Shown here: one piece after another, positions 1 through 10,950 of the stretch
How the letters are laid out: each line of letters begins with the position of its first letter
Numbering within the stretch: the first letter of the stretch is position 1
Source of the DNA: an uncultured Verrucomicrobiae bacterium
GTDB taxonomy: Bacteria > Verrucomicrobiota > Verrucomicrobiia > Chthoniobacterales > UBA10450
Reading direction: 5' to 3'
Length of the DNA: 64,000 nucleotides
Assembly (NCBI GenBank): GCA_963772365.1
Contig: CAVYXA010000001.1
Coordinates: 1,120,001-1,184,000, forward strand
Notes under the pieces: generated by a model
Databases searched by the model: none
The model's input: the letters and a program-made list of their open reading frames with translations, nothing else
Told to the model about the DNA's origin: nothing
Translations under genes and position numbers: made by a program

Positions 1-124
1 CCGCCAATGCATGTTGCTGAGCGCGGCGCATCTTCGACGCCGCAACCATCTGCATCGCTTTGGTTAACTGGCCAATATTGCGGATCGATTTGATCCGGCG
101 CCGTATGTCCTGGGTATTAGCCAT
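1..124 (-). CDS. atpG: ATP synthase F1 gamma subunit, 5' part (runs off window edge)
   Basis: Manual translation from ATG at 124: [36 protein letters not shown], the typical gamma N-terminus; downstream of atpA. Confidence 0.95.
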   Translation of the reverse strand, partial: MANTQDIRRRIKSIRNIGQLTKAMQMVAASKMRRAQQHALA

Positions 125-710
125 GGGGAGATTTTCGATTCGATCTTGTGCGATAATGCCCTTCGCTTTCGCGAACATGAAATCCGATCTCGCGTTTCTT
201 TGGCGCCTCGGGCGATTCGAGCAATCGCTTCAACGCAGCGAAAAGATCGACAATCGTTTCGTCGTGAGAATCGAGACGGCGTTCCAACTCCTCGAGTTTC
301 GTGGCGAGTTGCGCATTTGCCGCGACCATTTCTCGAAGGCAGACAAATGCCCTGACCACCCGCACGCTTGCTTGCACGGCGATATCGCTATTCAAGATGC
401 TCGCCAGCATTAATGCGCCGTGCTCGGTGAAAACCCAGGGAAGATGGCGGCGTCCGCCGTGCGAACTTGAGGTCGCAAATTGCGACCTCAAGCTGGCAAG
501 CTCTTCGGCCGTAAGCTGAAATGCGAAGTCATCTGGGAATCGAGACAGATTTCTCTTTAGCTGTTCATTGAGACGTTTGGTCGTAGTCACCCCATAAATC
601 ATCGCCAGATCCGAGTCGAGCATGACTCGCTGGCAGCGGATCAAATGGATCGTGCTTTCGATTCTAGCCACTCTGCGTTTCGCAGGCATCGATGGTTCCA
701 ACAAAATCAT
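117..710 (-). CDS. ORF6N-domain (KilA-N-like) DNA-binding protein
   Basis: [71 protein letters not shown] and C-terminal REIGF; ATG at 710 overlaps the atpA stop (alternative start 689). Confidence 0.88.
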   Translation of the reverse strand: MILLEPSMPAKRRVARIESTIHLIRCQRVMLDSDLAMIYGVTTTKRLNEQLKRNLSRFPDDFAFQLTAEELASLRSQFATSSSHGGRRHLPWVFTEHGALMLASILNSDIAVQASVRVVRAFVCLREMVAANAQLATKLEELERRLDSHDETIVDLFAALKRLLESPEAPKKREIGFHVRESEGHYRTRSNRKSPHG

Positions 711-2239
711 CGCCAGGTCGCCTTGAATTCTTCCAACGCGCTCTCCAGTTGCGCTTCGAGTTCTTTGTCGAGCTGTTTTCTTTCCCGGATGGTCTGGAGC
801 AATCCTTCCTTCCGAGTTTGCAAGTAATCCTGGAGCTTGAGTTGAAATTCTTTCACCCGATCGACCGGAACCGAATCGATGTAGCCATTTTGCATCGCCC
901 ACATCACGGCGACCTGCTCCTCGACCGGGATTGGGTTATATTGAATCTGTTTGAAAAGCTCGACAATACGTTGACCGCGATCGAGGCGCGCCTTCGTTGC
1001 AGCATCGAGATCGGATCCGAATTGAGCAAACGCAGCCAGTTCGCGGAACTGCGCGAGATCGAGTTTCACTTTGCCAGCCACCTGTTTAATGGCCTTGATC
1101 TGCGCGGCCGAACCGACTCGACTAACAGATAGACCCACGGAAATCGCCGGACGAACGCCTTGATAAAACAGATCGGTCTCGAGATAAATCTGACCATCGG
1201 TAATTGAGATCACGTTCGTTGGGATGTAAGCCGAAACATCGCCTGCCTGTGTTTCAATGATCGGCAACGCAGTCAGCGAACCGCCGCCGTATTCATCCGA
1301 AACGCGCGCCGCGCGTTCGAGTAACCGCGAATGCAGATAAAACACGTCGCCCGGATAAGCTTCGCGTCCCGACGGTCGTTTCAGCACGAGCGAAACCTGC
1401 CGATACGCCACCGCGTGCTTCGAGAAATCATCGTAAATGATCAGCGCGTCCATGCCGTTATCCATGAACCATTCGCCCATGGCTGCGCCAGCAAACGGCG
1501 CAAGATATTGGTTCGTAGCTGAATCGGAAGCCGGCGCCGAAATGATGGTCGTGTAAGGCATTGCGCCTTCGCGTTCGAGAACGGCGAGCGTGCGCGCGAT
1601 ATTGGAATTTTTCTGGCCGACACCGACGTAGATGCAATAGAGCGGCCGATAATTTTTGTCGCCTGCCTCTTCCGCCGCTTTGTTTAGACGCGCCTGGCTG
1701 ATGATTGTGTCGATTGCAATCGTGGTTTTCCCGGTCGCGCGATCGCCGATAATCAGCTCGCGCTGGCCGCGTCCGATCGGAATCATCGCGTCGATCGCCA
1801 TGATACCGGTCTGCACTGGCTGGCTCACGCTGCGGCGCTTAATCACGCCAGGAGCAATTTTTTCCACCGGATAAAATGTCTCGCTTTTAATTGGTCCTTT
1901 CCCATCCAACGGCTCACCAATTGTGTTAACGACTCGTCCGAGCAACGCTTTGCCGACTGGGACTTGCAGAAGGCGACCGGTGGTTTTGACCTCGTCGCCT
2001 TCGCTAATTTTGGTCGCATCACCCAGCAAAATCGCGCCGACTTCAGTTTCTTCGAGATTCAAGGCGAGCCCGAAAACGCCGTTCGGAAACTCGATCATTT
2101 CATTCAGCATCACGTCGCTCAGTCCTTCGATGCGGGCGACGCCATCTCCGGTCTCGCGCACGACACCGACGTTGCTTTTGGTTGTCGATGTTTTCAGGCC
2201 AGCGATTTTTGTTTCGATTTCTTCAAGTATGGTGCTCAT
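707..2239 (-). CDS. atpA: ATP synthase F1 alpha subunit
   Basis: [47 protein letters not shown]. Confidence 0.99.
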   Translation of the reverse strand: MSTILEEIETKIAGLKTSTTKSNVGVVRETGDGVARIEGLSDVMLNEMIEFPNGVFGLALNLEETEVGAILLGDATKISEGDEVKTTGRLLQVPVGKALLGRVVNTIGEPLDGKGPIKSETFYPVEKIAPGVIKRRSVSQPVQTGIMAIDAMIPIGRGQRELIIGDRATGKTTIAIDTIISQARLNKAAEEAGDKNYRPLYCIYVGVGQKNSNIARTLAVLEREGAMPYTTIISAPASDSATNQYLAPFAGAAMGEWFMDNGMDALIIYDDFSKHAVAYRQVSLVLKRPSGREAYPGDVFYLHSRLLERAARVSDEYGGGSLTALPIIETQAGDVSAYIPTNVISITDGQIYLETDLFYQGVRPAISVGLSVSRVGSAAQIKAIKQVAGKVKLDLAQFRELAAFAQFGSDLDAATKARLDRGQRIVELFKQIQYNPIPVEEQVAVMWAMQNGYIDSVPVDRVKEFQLKLQDYLQTRKEGLLQTIRERKQLDKELEAQLESALEEFKATWR

Positions 2240-2254
2240 AAATTTTTCCAGGCA

Positions 2255-2346
2255 GTCATTCTGAGCAAAGCGAAGAATCTCAAATCATTTCCCCCAAAAC
2301 CCCTGCGAGAAAAAAGTTTGAGATGTTTCGCTTCGCTCAACATGAC
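2255..2346. repeat. GTCA-type REP-like inverted doublet between atpH and atpA
   Basis: GTCATTCTGAGCAAAGCGAAGAATCT ... AGATGTTTCGCTTCGCTCAACATGAC; copies at 28801, 29832, 62711. Confidence 0.85.
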
Positions 2347-2365
2347 AAGATAATTAGCTGATTCG

Positions 2366-2758
2366 TTAAAGTAGTTGTTGCAGTCGTTCCAAACGATTCC
2401 GGACACTGCCATCCCAAACGTCGCTCCCGACGCGAATTCGCATTCCTCCCAAAAGCGCTGGATCGACAACGAATTCGGCGCTCAGATCATCGCCATATTT
2501 CTCTTTCAATTGCTTAGTGATCTTCGCGGAGATTTCCGCGCTCAATTCGCTTGCGCTCTCGATTTTTGCCCGTCGTTTTTCGATTTCGATTCGAAGCAGG
2601 CGCCGGTAATTTTTGAGAACATGGACATAATTGCGCGGTTTTTTTGCGATCAGCGAATCGATCAGAGCTGTAACCTTGCCGTGATCGAGCTGGCCATCGG
2701 TAAAGCTTGCGCGCAACATTTCCCGGGAAAGCCGGCGGATTTCCTTGTTGATCTTCAT
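2366..2758 (-). CDS. atpH: ATP synthase F1 delta subunit (short form)
   Basis: C-terminal VDPALLGGMRIRVGSDVWDGSVRNRL; position between atpF and atpA. Confidence 0.93.
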   Translation of the reverse strand: MKINKEIRRLSREMLRASFTDGQLDHGKVTALIDSLIAKKPRNYVHVLKNYRRLLRIEIEKRRAKIESASELSAEISAKITKQLKEKYGDDLSAEFVVDPALLGGMRIRVGSDVWDGSVRNRLERLQQLL

Positions 2759-3300
2759 CAGGCCAGTTGGCGAGCAGCTTCCTCTTGCAGGCGACGCTGG
2801 TCCTCGGTAGTCAGGACTTTGCCGGTAACTTTGGCGGTAGTATCGACAACCAGACGGCCCAGCTCGCGTTTCAATGATTCCATTGTGCGCTCGTGTTCCA
2901 TCACGCTGGCTTCGCGCGCCTTGGCTAGAATTTGTTCGGCCGCCGCGATTGCTTCCTGTTGCTTGCGCTCCGCAAGGTGCGATGCACTCGCGCGCGCCTC
3001 GTCGATCATCTTCTGGCCCTCGGCGTTCGCTTTCGCCAGGATATCGGAGTATCGCTGCTCCGCTTCGGCTAATTGTTGTTTGATCTTCTCGGCGTTGATC
3101 TGGCCCTCTTCGATCTTGCGTCGCCGCTCTTCCAGTACAGCCAGGATCGGCTTGTAGGCAAAGCGGCGCAGCAGGAAAGCAACGATGGCGAAGCTGATGA
3201 CCTGCGAGAAAAACATCTGCGGAGTCCAGCCGAATGCGTCAGCTGTTTGCTGCACCGTGTCGGTAAACGTTGGAGCCGCTGCCAGTATTATTGCGTTCAT
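2758..3300 (-). CDS. atpF: ATP synthase Fo subunit b
   Basis: N-terminal TM helix then FAYKPILAVLEERRRKI and a long coiled coil. Confidence 0.95.
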   Translation of the reverse strand: MNAIILAAAPTFTDTVQQTADAFGWTPQMFFSQVISFAIVAFLLRRFAYKPILAVLEERRRKIEEGQINAEKIKQQLAEAEQRYSDILAKANAEGQKMIDEARASASHLAERKQQEAIAAAEQILAKAREASVMEHERTMESLKRELGRLVVDTTAKVTGKVLTTEDQRRLQEEAARQLA

Positions 3301-3348
3301 GGGTTCGAGTTCCCGTCGGATTGGTCTTGGCTCGACGGCGATCGAGAA

Positions 3349-3564
3349 TCAGTGCCCGAGAAGGAACAGTGCGTAGAACACAATCGCTTCCGTCAAAGCG
3401 ATTGCCAGAATTCCGTGAACGATTACTGGCGTAAACGCGCCTGGGTTGCGACCAACCGCGGTCGTCATTCCCAGACCCGTGAGACCAATGCCGATGCCGA
3501 CGCCCATGGCGGCGAGACCGACGTGAATGCTTCCAGTCATTTCTGCGAGTAGTGGTAGTATCAT
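3349..3564 (-). CDS. atpE: ATP synthase Fo subunit c
   Basis: 71 aa hydrophobic hairpin, GxGxG, GRNP loop, conserved Glu in ALTEAIVFY. Confidence 0.95.
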   Translation of the reverse strand: MILPLLAEMTGSIHVGLAAMGVGIGIGLTGLGMTTAVGRNPGAFTPVIVHGILAIALTEAIVFYALFLLGH

Positions 3565-3616
3565 ATCTTTTCGTTTGGTTGCTTTGGCGAACTCGTTGGG
3601 AGATCGCCGAAATTAA

Positions 3617-4537
3617 TTATGTATGAGCGTGCTCCGGTCCCGGCCCATGCTGCGCAATCAGAAGAGTGAACACGGCGCATAAAAGCATGAACACCAGCGC
3701 CTGAACAAAGCCCACCAACACTTCCAAAAAATAAAATGGGATCGGGATCAGCCAGGCCAAGGCCGGCATCATTGTCGATAACGTCTCGAGCATGCTTTCG
3801 CCGGCGTAAATGTTTCCGAACAACCGAAAGCTCAGCGCAATCGGCCGGAACAGAATCGATACGATTTCAAGCCAGCCGACCGCAAAGAAGATGAACAGCA
3901 TCAGGATTTTTAAAATCCCGGTGGTCTCTCCCTTCGGCGCAAAGAGATGTTTTAGAAATCCTCCCATGCCTTGAGCTTTAAGTGCCCATATGAACCAGAG
4001 CACAAAGAAAATAGCCGACATGGCTGTGGTCATGTTCAGATCGGCGTTACCGCCGCGCAGCAAAGGGCGATCGATGTGAAAAATTCCGGTGACAGGATTG
4101 CGATGACCCCAGCCGATTGTGCCAACGCCGGGAACCAGCCCAAACCAGTTTACGAACAGAATGAATATGAAAATCGTCGCGAAAAACCAAAACGTCTTGC
4201 CCACCAGATCGCGTCCAACAATTCCTTCGAGAAAATTGTAAAGACTTTCCACCAGCCATTCCCAAAAATTCTGAATCCCGCTCGGGATCGACTTGATGTT
4301 GCGCGTGGCGAGTTGAGCAAAAACAATGATCCCAGCGGCTACAACCCAGGTGACCAACATTGAATTGGTGATCGCAAACCCGCCAATCTGAAACAACGGC
4401 GCCGGTTTTAATGGAACGCCTTCATGTTCCTCGATCGGAGCGGGATTCGCCGGCTCGGCCGCTAATGACGATGACGCGAAAAGGCACCCGCAGCAGAGGG
4501 CGAAGATCGACAATAAAACTAAATAACGGTAGCGCAT
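3617..4537 (-). CDS. atpB: ATP synthase Fo subunit a
   Basis: FRPIALSFRLFGNIYAGE and LEVLVGFVQALVF motifs. Confidence 0.96.
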   Translation of the reverse strand: MRYRYLVLLSIFALCCGCLFASSSLAAEPANPAPIEEHEGVPLKPAPLFQIGGFAITNSMLVTWVVAAGIIVFAQLATRNIKSIPSGIQNFWEWLVESLYNFLEGIVGRDLVGKTFWFFATIFIFILFVNWFGLVPGVGTIGWGHRNPVTGIFHIDRPLLRGGNADLNMTTAMSAIFFVLWFIWALKAQGMGGFLKHLFAPKGETTGILKILMLFIFFAVGWLEIVSILFRPIALSFRLFGNIYAGESMLETLSTMMPALAWLIPIPFYFLEVLVGFVQALVFMLLCAVFTLLIAQHGPGPEHAHT

Positions 4538-4673
4538 TCTGAAGCAGCTGTGGCCGGCATCGGTGATACTGGCTGGTGGGAGTCACCGCGACCAATGGAG
4601 GTCACAATTGACGCGCCATATCAAAGCCTGTTTTGCGCGGATGACAAGCGCGTTTCCTAAAATTTTCGCGGCC

Positions 4674-4936
4674 TTAATGACCCGCCGGAAACGTCACCAG
4701 ATCGTGAATCTGCCCCTCAATCCTACTTGCTGCGAACTGCCGATTGTTTGCTTCGATCCGCATCGGCAAACCAAAGCGAGGAACCCATCGTAACCCGAAT
4801 GGCCCGATCCACGCGGGTCCCCGGGGAGAATGGTAAAACGGAATCGCTGCAACATCATTGCCAGAGAAATCCGGAGCATTTGCATCGCAAACATCGCGCC
4901 GAGGCACGCCCGCGGTCCGGCGCTAAAGGGAAGGAA
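4674..4936 (-). pseudogene. Cytochrome P450 C-terminal remnant
   Basis: Manual translation from 4936: FLPFSAGPRACLGAMFAMQMLRISLAMMLQRFRF (FxxGxRxCxG heme motif); no N-terminal part; frameshifts downstream. Confidence 0.8.
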
Positions 4937-4942
4937 TCGTGA

Positions 4943-6169
4943 TTAATGCCGCGCGGCTACCGGGACACCAATCTGAGCAATCGGCATCATTTCCTCAGCC
5001 TCTACCGCTTCGCGATTTGACCGCATGGCGATTGCTTCCTCGTAGAAGCATTCGAGCAAATTAATTTGCGCGCGTTGCTCAAACTGATTGATTACGGCCT
5101 TCCGCGCTCGAATCCCCATTTCATTTAAGTCATGGGGCGAACGAGCCAGTCGTTGCATTGCGCTGGCCAATCCGGCGTGATCTTCTTCCGGCACCAGCCA
5201 ACCGGTTTTACCATGTTCGACTGCTTCCGGAATGCCGCCGTGATGCGTGCTCATCACCGGCATGCCAGTGGCCATTGCTTCCAACATCGAATTGGGGACG
5301 CCTTCCTGATTCTGATCCGGGGGCGTTTCGCTCGGATGCAAAAACATGTGGGCGCTGGCGAAAAGTTGGTTCAGCTTCGGTTGAGACAGGAAGCCAACAA
5401 AGTGCACATCCCGTGAAATCCCCAACCCGGCAGCAAGCATTTCGAGTTCTGGTTGAAGTGGTCCCTTGCCCGCAATGTAGAACTCGGAATGCGGATTATC
5501 TTTCTTAAAGATTGCAAACGCGCGCAGACTCGTGGCCACTCCCTTTTTCGGTATCAGGCGGCATGCCTGGACGACTCTCCAGCGTCCGTTCTGCGGCGCC
5601 TGTCGAGTCACCAGCGGGAAATCATCCAAGGGCACGCCCGTCCGATTGATTCGCAGCTTTTCCGGCGAGCAGCCGAATTGTATCAGCCGATCGGCCAGAG
5701 ATTGGGACCGGGCCAGCACCAGCGGAACGGCGTTAAACAAACGGCGCAACTTCTCCGGATAATTCGGAATCTCCGGCTTGCGGGCAACATCGGCACCGTG
5801 AAAAGAGACGACGCATGGCTTATTCCATTGTTCGATAAACGGAAGCAAATGCACACCCGTATGCCCGAAATAGATGTGCATGAGATCGCTCCCGCGCCGT
5901 TCCAGCAGTGATGATAAGTTTTGATACTCACCCCGATAGACAACGGGCGGCTTCCGCTTCACAAACTTCAGCCAGCCATGATGCAAAAGATTCAATTGCC
6001 GTTTGGGAATAACCTCGATATCGGCGAAGGGGAACCGTTCCGAGTTCTGCACTTCCTTGGTCATGACGAACGTATCCACTCCGCGCAGCGCAGTGATCTG
6101 CCGATAAATGTGTAACATCTCCGGCTTCAGAAAGCTGGAGCAATAGCTCGCAACGACCCGTTTCCCCAT
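4943..6169 (-). CDS. Glycosyltransferase family 4 (WcaL-like)
   Basis: RLIPKKG, EGVPNSMLEAMATGMPV, HGGIPE; probable start MGKRVV at 6169. Confidence 0.9.
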   Translation of the reverse strand: MGKRVVASYCSSFLKPEMLHIYRQITALRGVDTFVMTKEVQNSERFPFADIEVIPKRQLNLLHHGWLKFVKRKPPVVYRGEYQNLSSLLERRGSDLMHIYFGHTGVHLLPFIEQWNKPCVVSFHGADVARKPEIPNYPEKLRRLFNAVPLVLARSQSLADRLIQFGCSPEKLRINRTGVPLDDFPLVTRQAPQNGRWRVVQACRLIPKKGVATSLRAFAIFKKDNPHSEFYIAGKGPLQPELEMLAAGLGISRDVHFVGFLSQPKLNQLFASAHMFLHPSETPPDQNQEGVPNSMLEAMATGMPVMSTHHGGIPEAVEHGKTGWLVPEEDHAGLASAMQRLARSPHDLNEMGIRARKAVINQFEQRAQINLLECFYEEAIAMRSNREAVEAEEMMPIAQIGVPVAARH

Positions 6170-6327
6170 AAAAAGCAACCCAGTTTTTTCCGAAGCCGCT
6201 GCCTTGTCCAGCGTTTTTTTTGCTAACAAATTTACGAGGGAGGGCTGGATTATTTTCGGTCAACCTTTCCCAAATATCAGGATCAAATAAATTTTTGGAT
6301 GAAATATCGAGTATATTGAAACTCAAA

Positions 6328-6837
6328 ATGCGCCTTCCTCGATTCGTGACCTATTGGATTCCTGTCGTCGGCTGGATCGTTCTGATGTACGTCGGGTCGA
6401 CCGAGATCTTATCTTCGTCACATACGTCAAGGTTTCTCTTTCCCTTTTTGCGCTGGCTCAATCCCAATTTTTCCATCATGACCTTGATAGAGATCCAGTT
6501 GGTCTTGCGAAAGATTGCGCATCTGACCGAGTACGCGATTCTGGCGAGTTTACTCTGGCGCGCCGTCCTGAGAGGAATGGACATGCCTATTCGAAAGTCG
6601 ATTTTGATACTCGCGATTCTGTTGCCGGCGGCAATTTTCGCCGTAAGCGACGAATTTCATCAATCGTTCATGCTGTCACGAACAGGATCACCGCGCGACG
6701 TCATGATCGACATCGTCGGGGCATGCATCGGCATTGCGATTTGTTGGGCTGTGAGTAAACGAAGGTCAACCGCTGCGTTTGCGAAAGGTGCAAATCCGAG
6801 CGAAGATCGACATCCCAAAATGGAGTCGGGGGCATAG
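6328..6837 (+). CDS. VanZ family membrane protein
   Basis: RKIAHLTEYAIL, DEFHQSF..RTGSPRDVMID; the stop codon lies in the first bases of tRNA-Ala. Confidence 0.88.
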   Translation: MRLPRFVTYWIPVVGWIVLMYVGSTEILSSSHTSRFLFPFLRWLNPNFSIMTLIEIQLVLRKIAHLTEYAILASLLWRAVLRGMDMPIRKSILILAILLPAAIFAVSDEFHQSFMLSRTGSPRDVMIDIVGACIGIAICWAVSKRRSTAAFAKGANPSEDRHPKMESGA

Positions 6838-6900
6838 CTCAGTTGGTAGAGCGCCAGCTTTGCAAGCTGGAAGTCAGGGGTTCGAATCCCCTTGCCTCCA
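6828..6900 (+). tRNA. tRNA-Ala(TGC)
   Basis: GGGGGCA/TGCCTCC acceptor stem, CCAGC-TTTGCAA-GCTGG anticodon arm, GTTCGAATC T-loop; CCA not encoded. Confidence 0.97.
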
Positions 6901-7094
6901 TTTTTCGCACGGCGAAAAATGTCCCGCCGTAGCCTTGGCGAAGGCGGACCTTCCCGCCACCAAAGCAGTCACGGCTCATTTTCGATTTGCGATTTGCGAT
7001 TTGCGATCTAAGTAATTGCGCGCTAGGCGTGCCGCGAAATAAATCGAAAATCCGCGGTCGAAATTCGAAAATTAGGTGGCGCAGCCGCCATTGC

Positions 7095-7171
7095 GGGCCT
7101 GTAGCTCAGTTGGTTAGAGCATGCGCTTGATAAGCGCAGGGTCACTGGTTCGAGCCCAGTCAGGCCCACCA
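7095..7171 (+). tRNA. tRNA-Ile(GAT)
   Basis: GGGCCTG/CAGGCCC stem, GCGC-TTGATAA-GCGC anticodon arm, ends ACCA. Confidence 0.97.
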
Positions 7172-7231
7172 TAATCATTGCGCGTTGACACAAGCGCCGC
7201 CGGATTGAACCGTCGGCCTGTCCGATCAGCC

Positions 7232-7940
7232 GTGCCACCGGGAATCCTTCTGCTCAGCACCTCAACCGTCTTCGGCGGGGAGTACTCTGGAATACGCCGA
7301 GACGGAACTGCGCGATTTTTTTGGAAAGGTACGGCACGTCCTATTCGTGCCGTTCGCATTGTACGACTGCAACGCCTACGCAGGGCGCGTCCGAAAAGCA
7401 TTTCGACAGATGGGATACGAACTCGACTCGCTGCATCAGGCAGCGGATCTCCCGCAGGCGATTCAAAGTGCCGAAGCAATCTTCATCGGCGGTGGCAACA
7501 CTTTCCGTCTCTTGAAAGCCCTTTACGATCGCAATTTGCTAGGCGCGATCCGGGAACGGGTTCATACCGGTACGCCTTATCTCGGCTCCAGCGCCGGCTC
7601 GAACGTGGCCGGCCCCACGATCAAGACCACCAACGATATGCCGATTGTCCAGCCGCCTTCGTTCGAAGCGCTTCAGCTGGTTCCATTTCAGATCAATCCC
7701 CATTACCTCGATCCCGACTCCAATTCAAAGCAAATGGGTGAAACGCGCGAAGAACGAATCGAGCAATTCCTGGAAGAAAACGCGACGCCTGTGATTGGGC
7801 TAAGGGAGGGAGCATGGCTGCGGATCGAGAATGGATCGTGTCTATTGAAAGGAACTGGCGGCGCTCGGCTTTTCCGCAAAAAAATTCCACCAATCGAGCT
7901 CGAGAATGGCTCGATCGATCGATTTTTGCCAATGGAGTAG
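7232..7940 (+). CDS. pepE: Dipeptidase E (peptidase S51), with a +1 frameshift near 7286
   Basis: ILLLSTSTVFGGEY in one frame joins LEYAETELRDFF...GGGNTFRLL, GSSAGSN, FQINPHY, GETREERI in the next frame. Confidence 0.85.
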
Positions 7941-8029
7941 CACCTGATCCCTTCGCGTCTCGGCTACATGATTGAGAGGAGTTCGCCGACGCTCCCAAGC
8001 GAATGTGCTACGGCCAGGCCGCAATCCAC

Positions 8030-8072
8030 ATAAACAAAATGCCGGCTCCGAAAGTTTTCGGGAGCCGGCATT
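8030..8072 (-). terminator. Intrinsic terminator downstream of the 16S gene
   Basis: Stem ATGCCGGCTCC...GGAGCCGGCAT followed on the minus strand by TTTGTTTAT. Confidence 0.75.
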
Positions 8073-8305
8073 ACAGTCGATGTGCAGCAAAGACTGAATT
8101 GTGCGTTACCGTCGTTTCTTTGAGCTCTGGTTTCTTTCGATTCCAAAGTCTTCACGGCATATCCGCAGATGATCAATTGATTCACCCGCGGGGTTAGCCG
8201 TCGACCTGTGCTACCGCACCGAGATTCGTAGTTCGAGAATCGAGAATCGGAATTTCTTCCGATGTAACGATTCAACAATTCACGATTTAACGGATGCGAA
8301 GCATC

Positions 8306-9878
<1,573 letters not shown>

Positions 9879-10284
9879 AAACTTGGAGGGCGAACAGGAT
9901 CAGCATCCCGTTCGACCAAAGTTTGAAGCCAGTGCCGCTAAAGCACCGGCCGATCTGACTTTCTTACCCGCGTGCGAATCGATTCCTCGATTCGTTTTAC
10001 GCGGGGTTCGTCGATCTAAATCTCTTATTTCCAAAGAAATTAGCCCAGCCCCTCTCGGGACCGGACAACCCCGAATTGCTTCGGGGCAGACAGATAACGC
10101 ACAATTCAATTTTCGCTGACTTTCACTCCGAAACTTTCGGAGCCATCGTTATCAAAGATCGACAATTCCTTCCCGGTACAAGACAAAACCCGACCCGTTT
10201 ACTTCGACGGAATCGGCTCGACCCTGAGCCACGGAAGAACATCAGCCGCTTCGCACGCGACCGACCCGGTTTCGCGGGACCCTC

Positions 10285-10312
10285 AAAGTAATTGGATTCG
10301 CTCCGCAGTCAA
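10285..10312 (-). promoter_or_regulatory. Putative sigma70 rRNA promoter
   Basis: TTGACT-N16-TACTTT on the minus strand; boxA-like GATCTTTGATAA at ~10149-10160 in the leader. Confidence 0.5.
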
Positions 10313-10383
10313 CCGGAAATCTTCAAATTTTGCACTGGGCCGCGGTCCCCATCTGGCAGACGAAGAAACCGCGAAATTCCGGC

Positions 10384-10950
10384 CTACAGATTTTCCCAGG
10401 AAAATTGGCTGCGGAAAAAGGCCGCCTGCAGTTCTTGGAAATCTGCAGCGCGACAGGTGAGTTGAAATCGGAGCTGCTCCGTGCCGCGGTTGAGAAAGAG
10501 CACGGAACGACTGTAAGCCTGGCCAGCAAGATCGTAATTCAGAATCACGAGAAATGTTTCTTTTCCATCGATGATGATTGGATTGTTTTCCTGCGATAAA
10601 ATCTTAACATTTTGAGCGCTCTGGGGGATGAGCGCAGTTGCTTCTTCGACAAGTTTCTTGATGCTTTCTTGGTCAAAGTGACCCGGTTTTTGTAGGGGAA
10701 GGCTAATGATGGTGGCTTCGGCCTGGGGTTTTTTGGGCGGACGCAGACTTAGTTGAGCCGCGCTCCCGGAGTAACTCCAGCCTGCTGGCGCTTGATACGT
10801 GATCTTGCTATCACCATCTTTGAAGATCAGTTGCTCAATTTTTACTCCGTCGAGAGGCGACGCGACAACTGTCGGTGTCAACTGCAAATCCGCCCGCGCG
10901 GATACAGCCAACAAAGCAATGAGTAAAATCAACCCTAACGGACGGTCCAT
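10384..10950 (-). CDS. Secreted hypothetical protein, last gene of the pilin cluster
   Basis: Signal peptide MDRPLGLILLIALLAVSARA-D; overlaps the end of the PilX-like gene. Confidence 0.75.
   Translation of the reverse strand: MDRPLGLILLIALLAVSARADLQLTPTVVASPLDGVKIEQLIFKDGDSKITYQAPAGWSYSGSAAQLSLRPPKKPQAEATIISLPLQKPGHFDQESIKKLVEEATALIPQSAQNVKILSQENNPIIIDGKETFLVILNYDLAGQAYSRSVLFLNRGTEQLRFQLTCRAADFQELQAAFFRSQFSWENL

Noticed and set aside
117..710. Prophage at the ORF6N gene
   Set aside because: No integrase, structural or replication phage genes; it is flanked directly by atp genes
3349..3564. Na+-coupled ATP synthase
   Set aside because: The c subunit has EA rather than ES/ET after the conserved Glu and lacks the helix-1 Gln, consistent with H+ coupling
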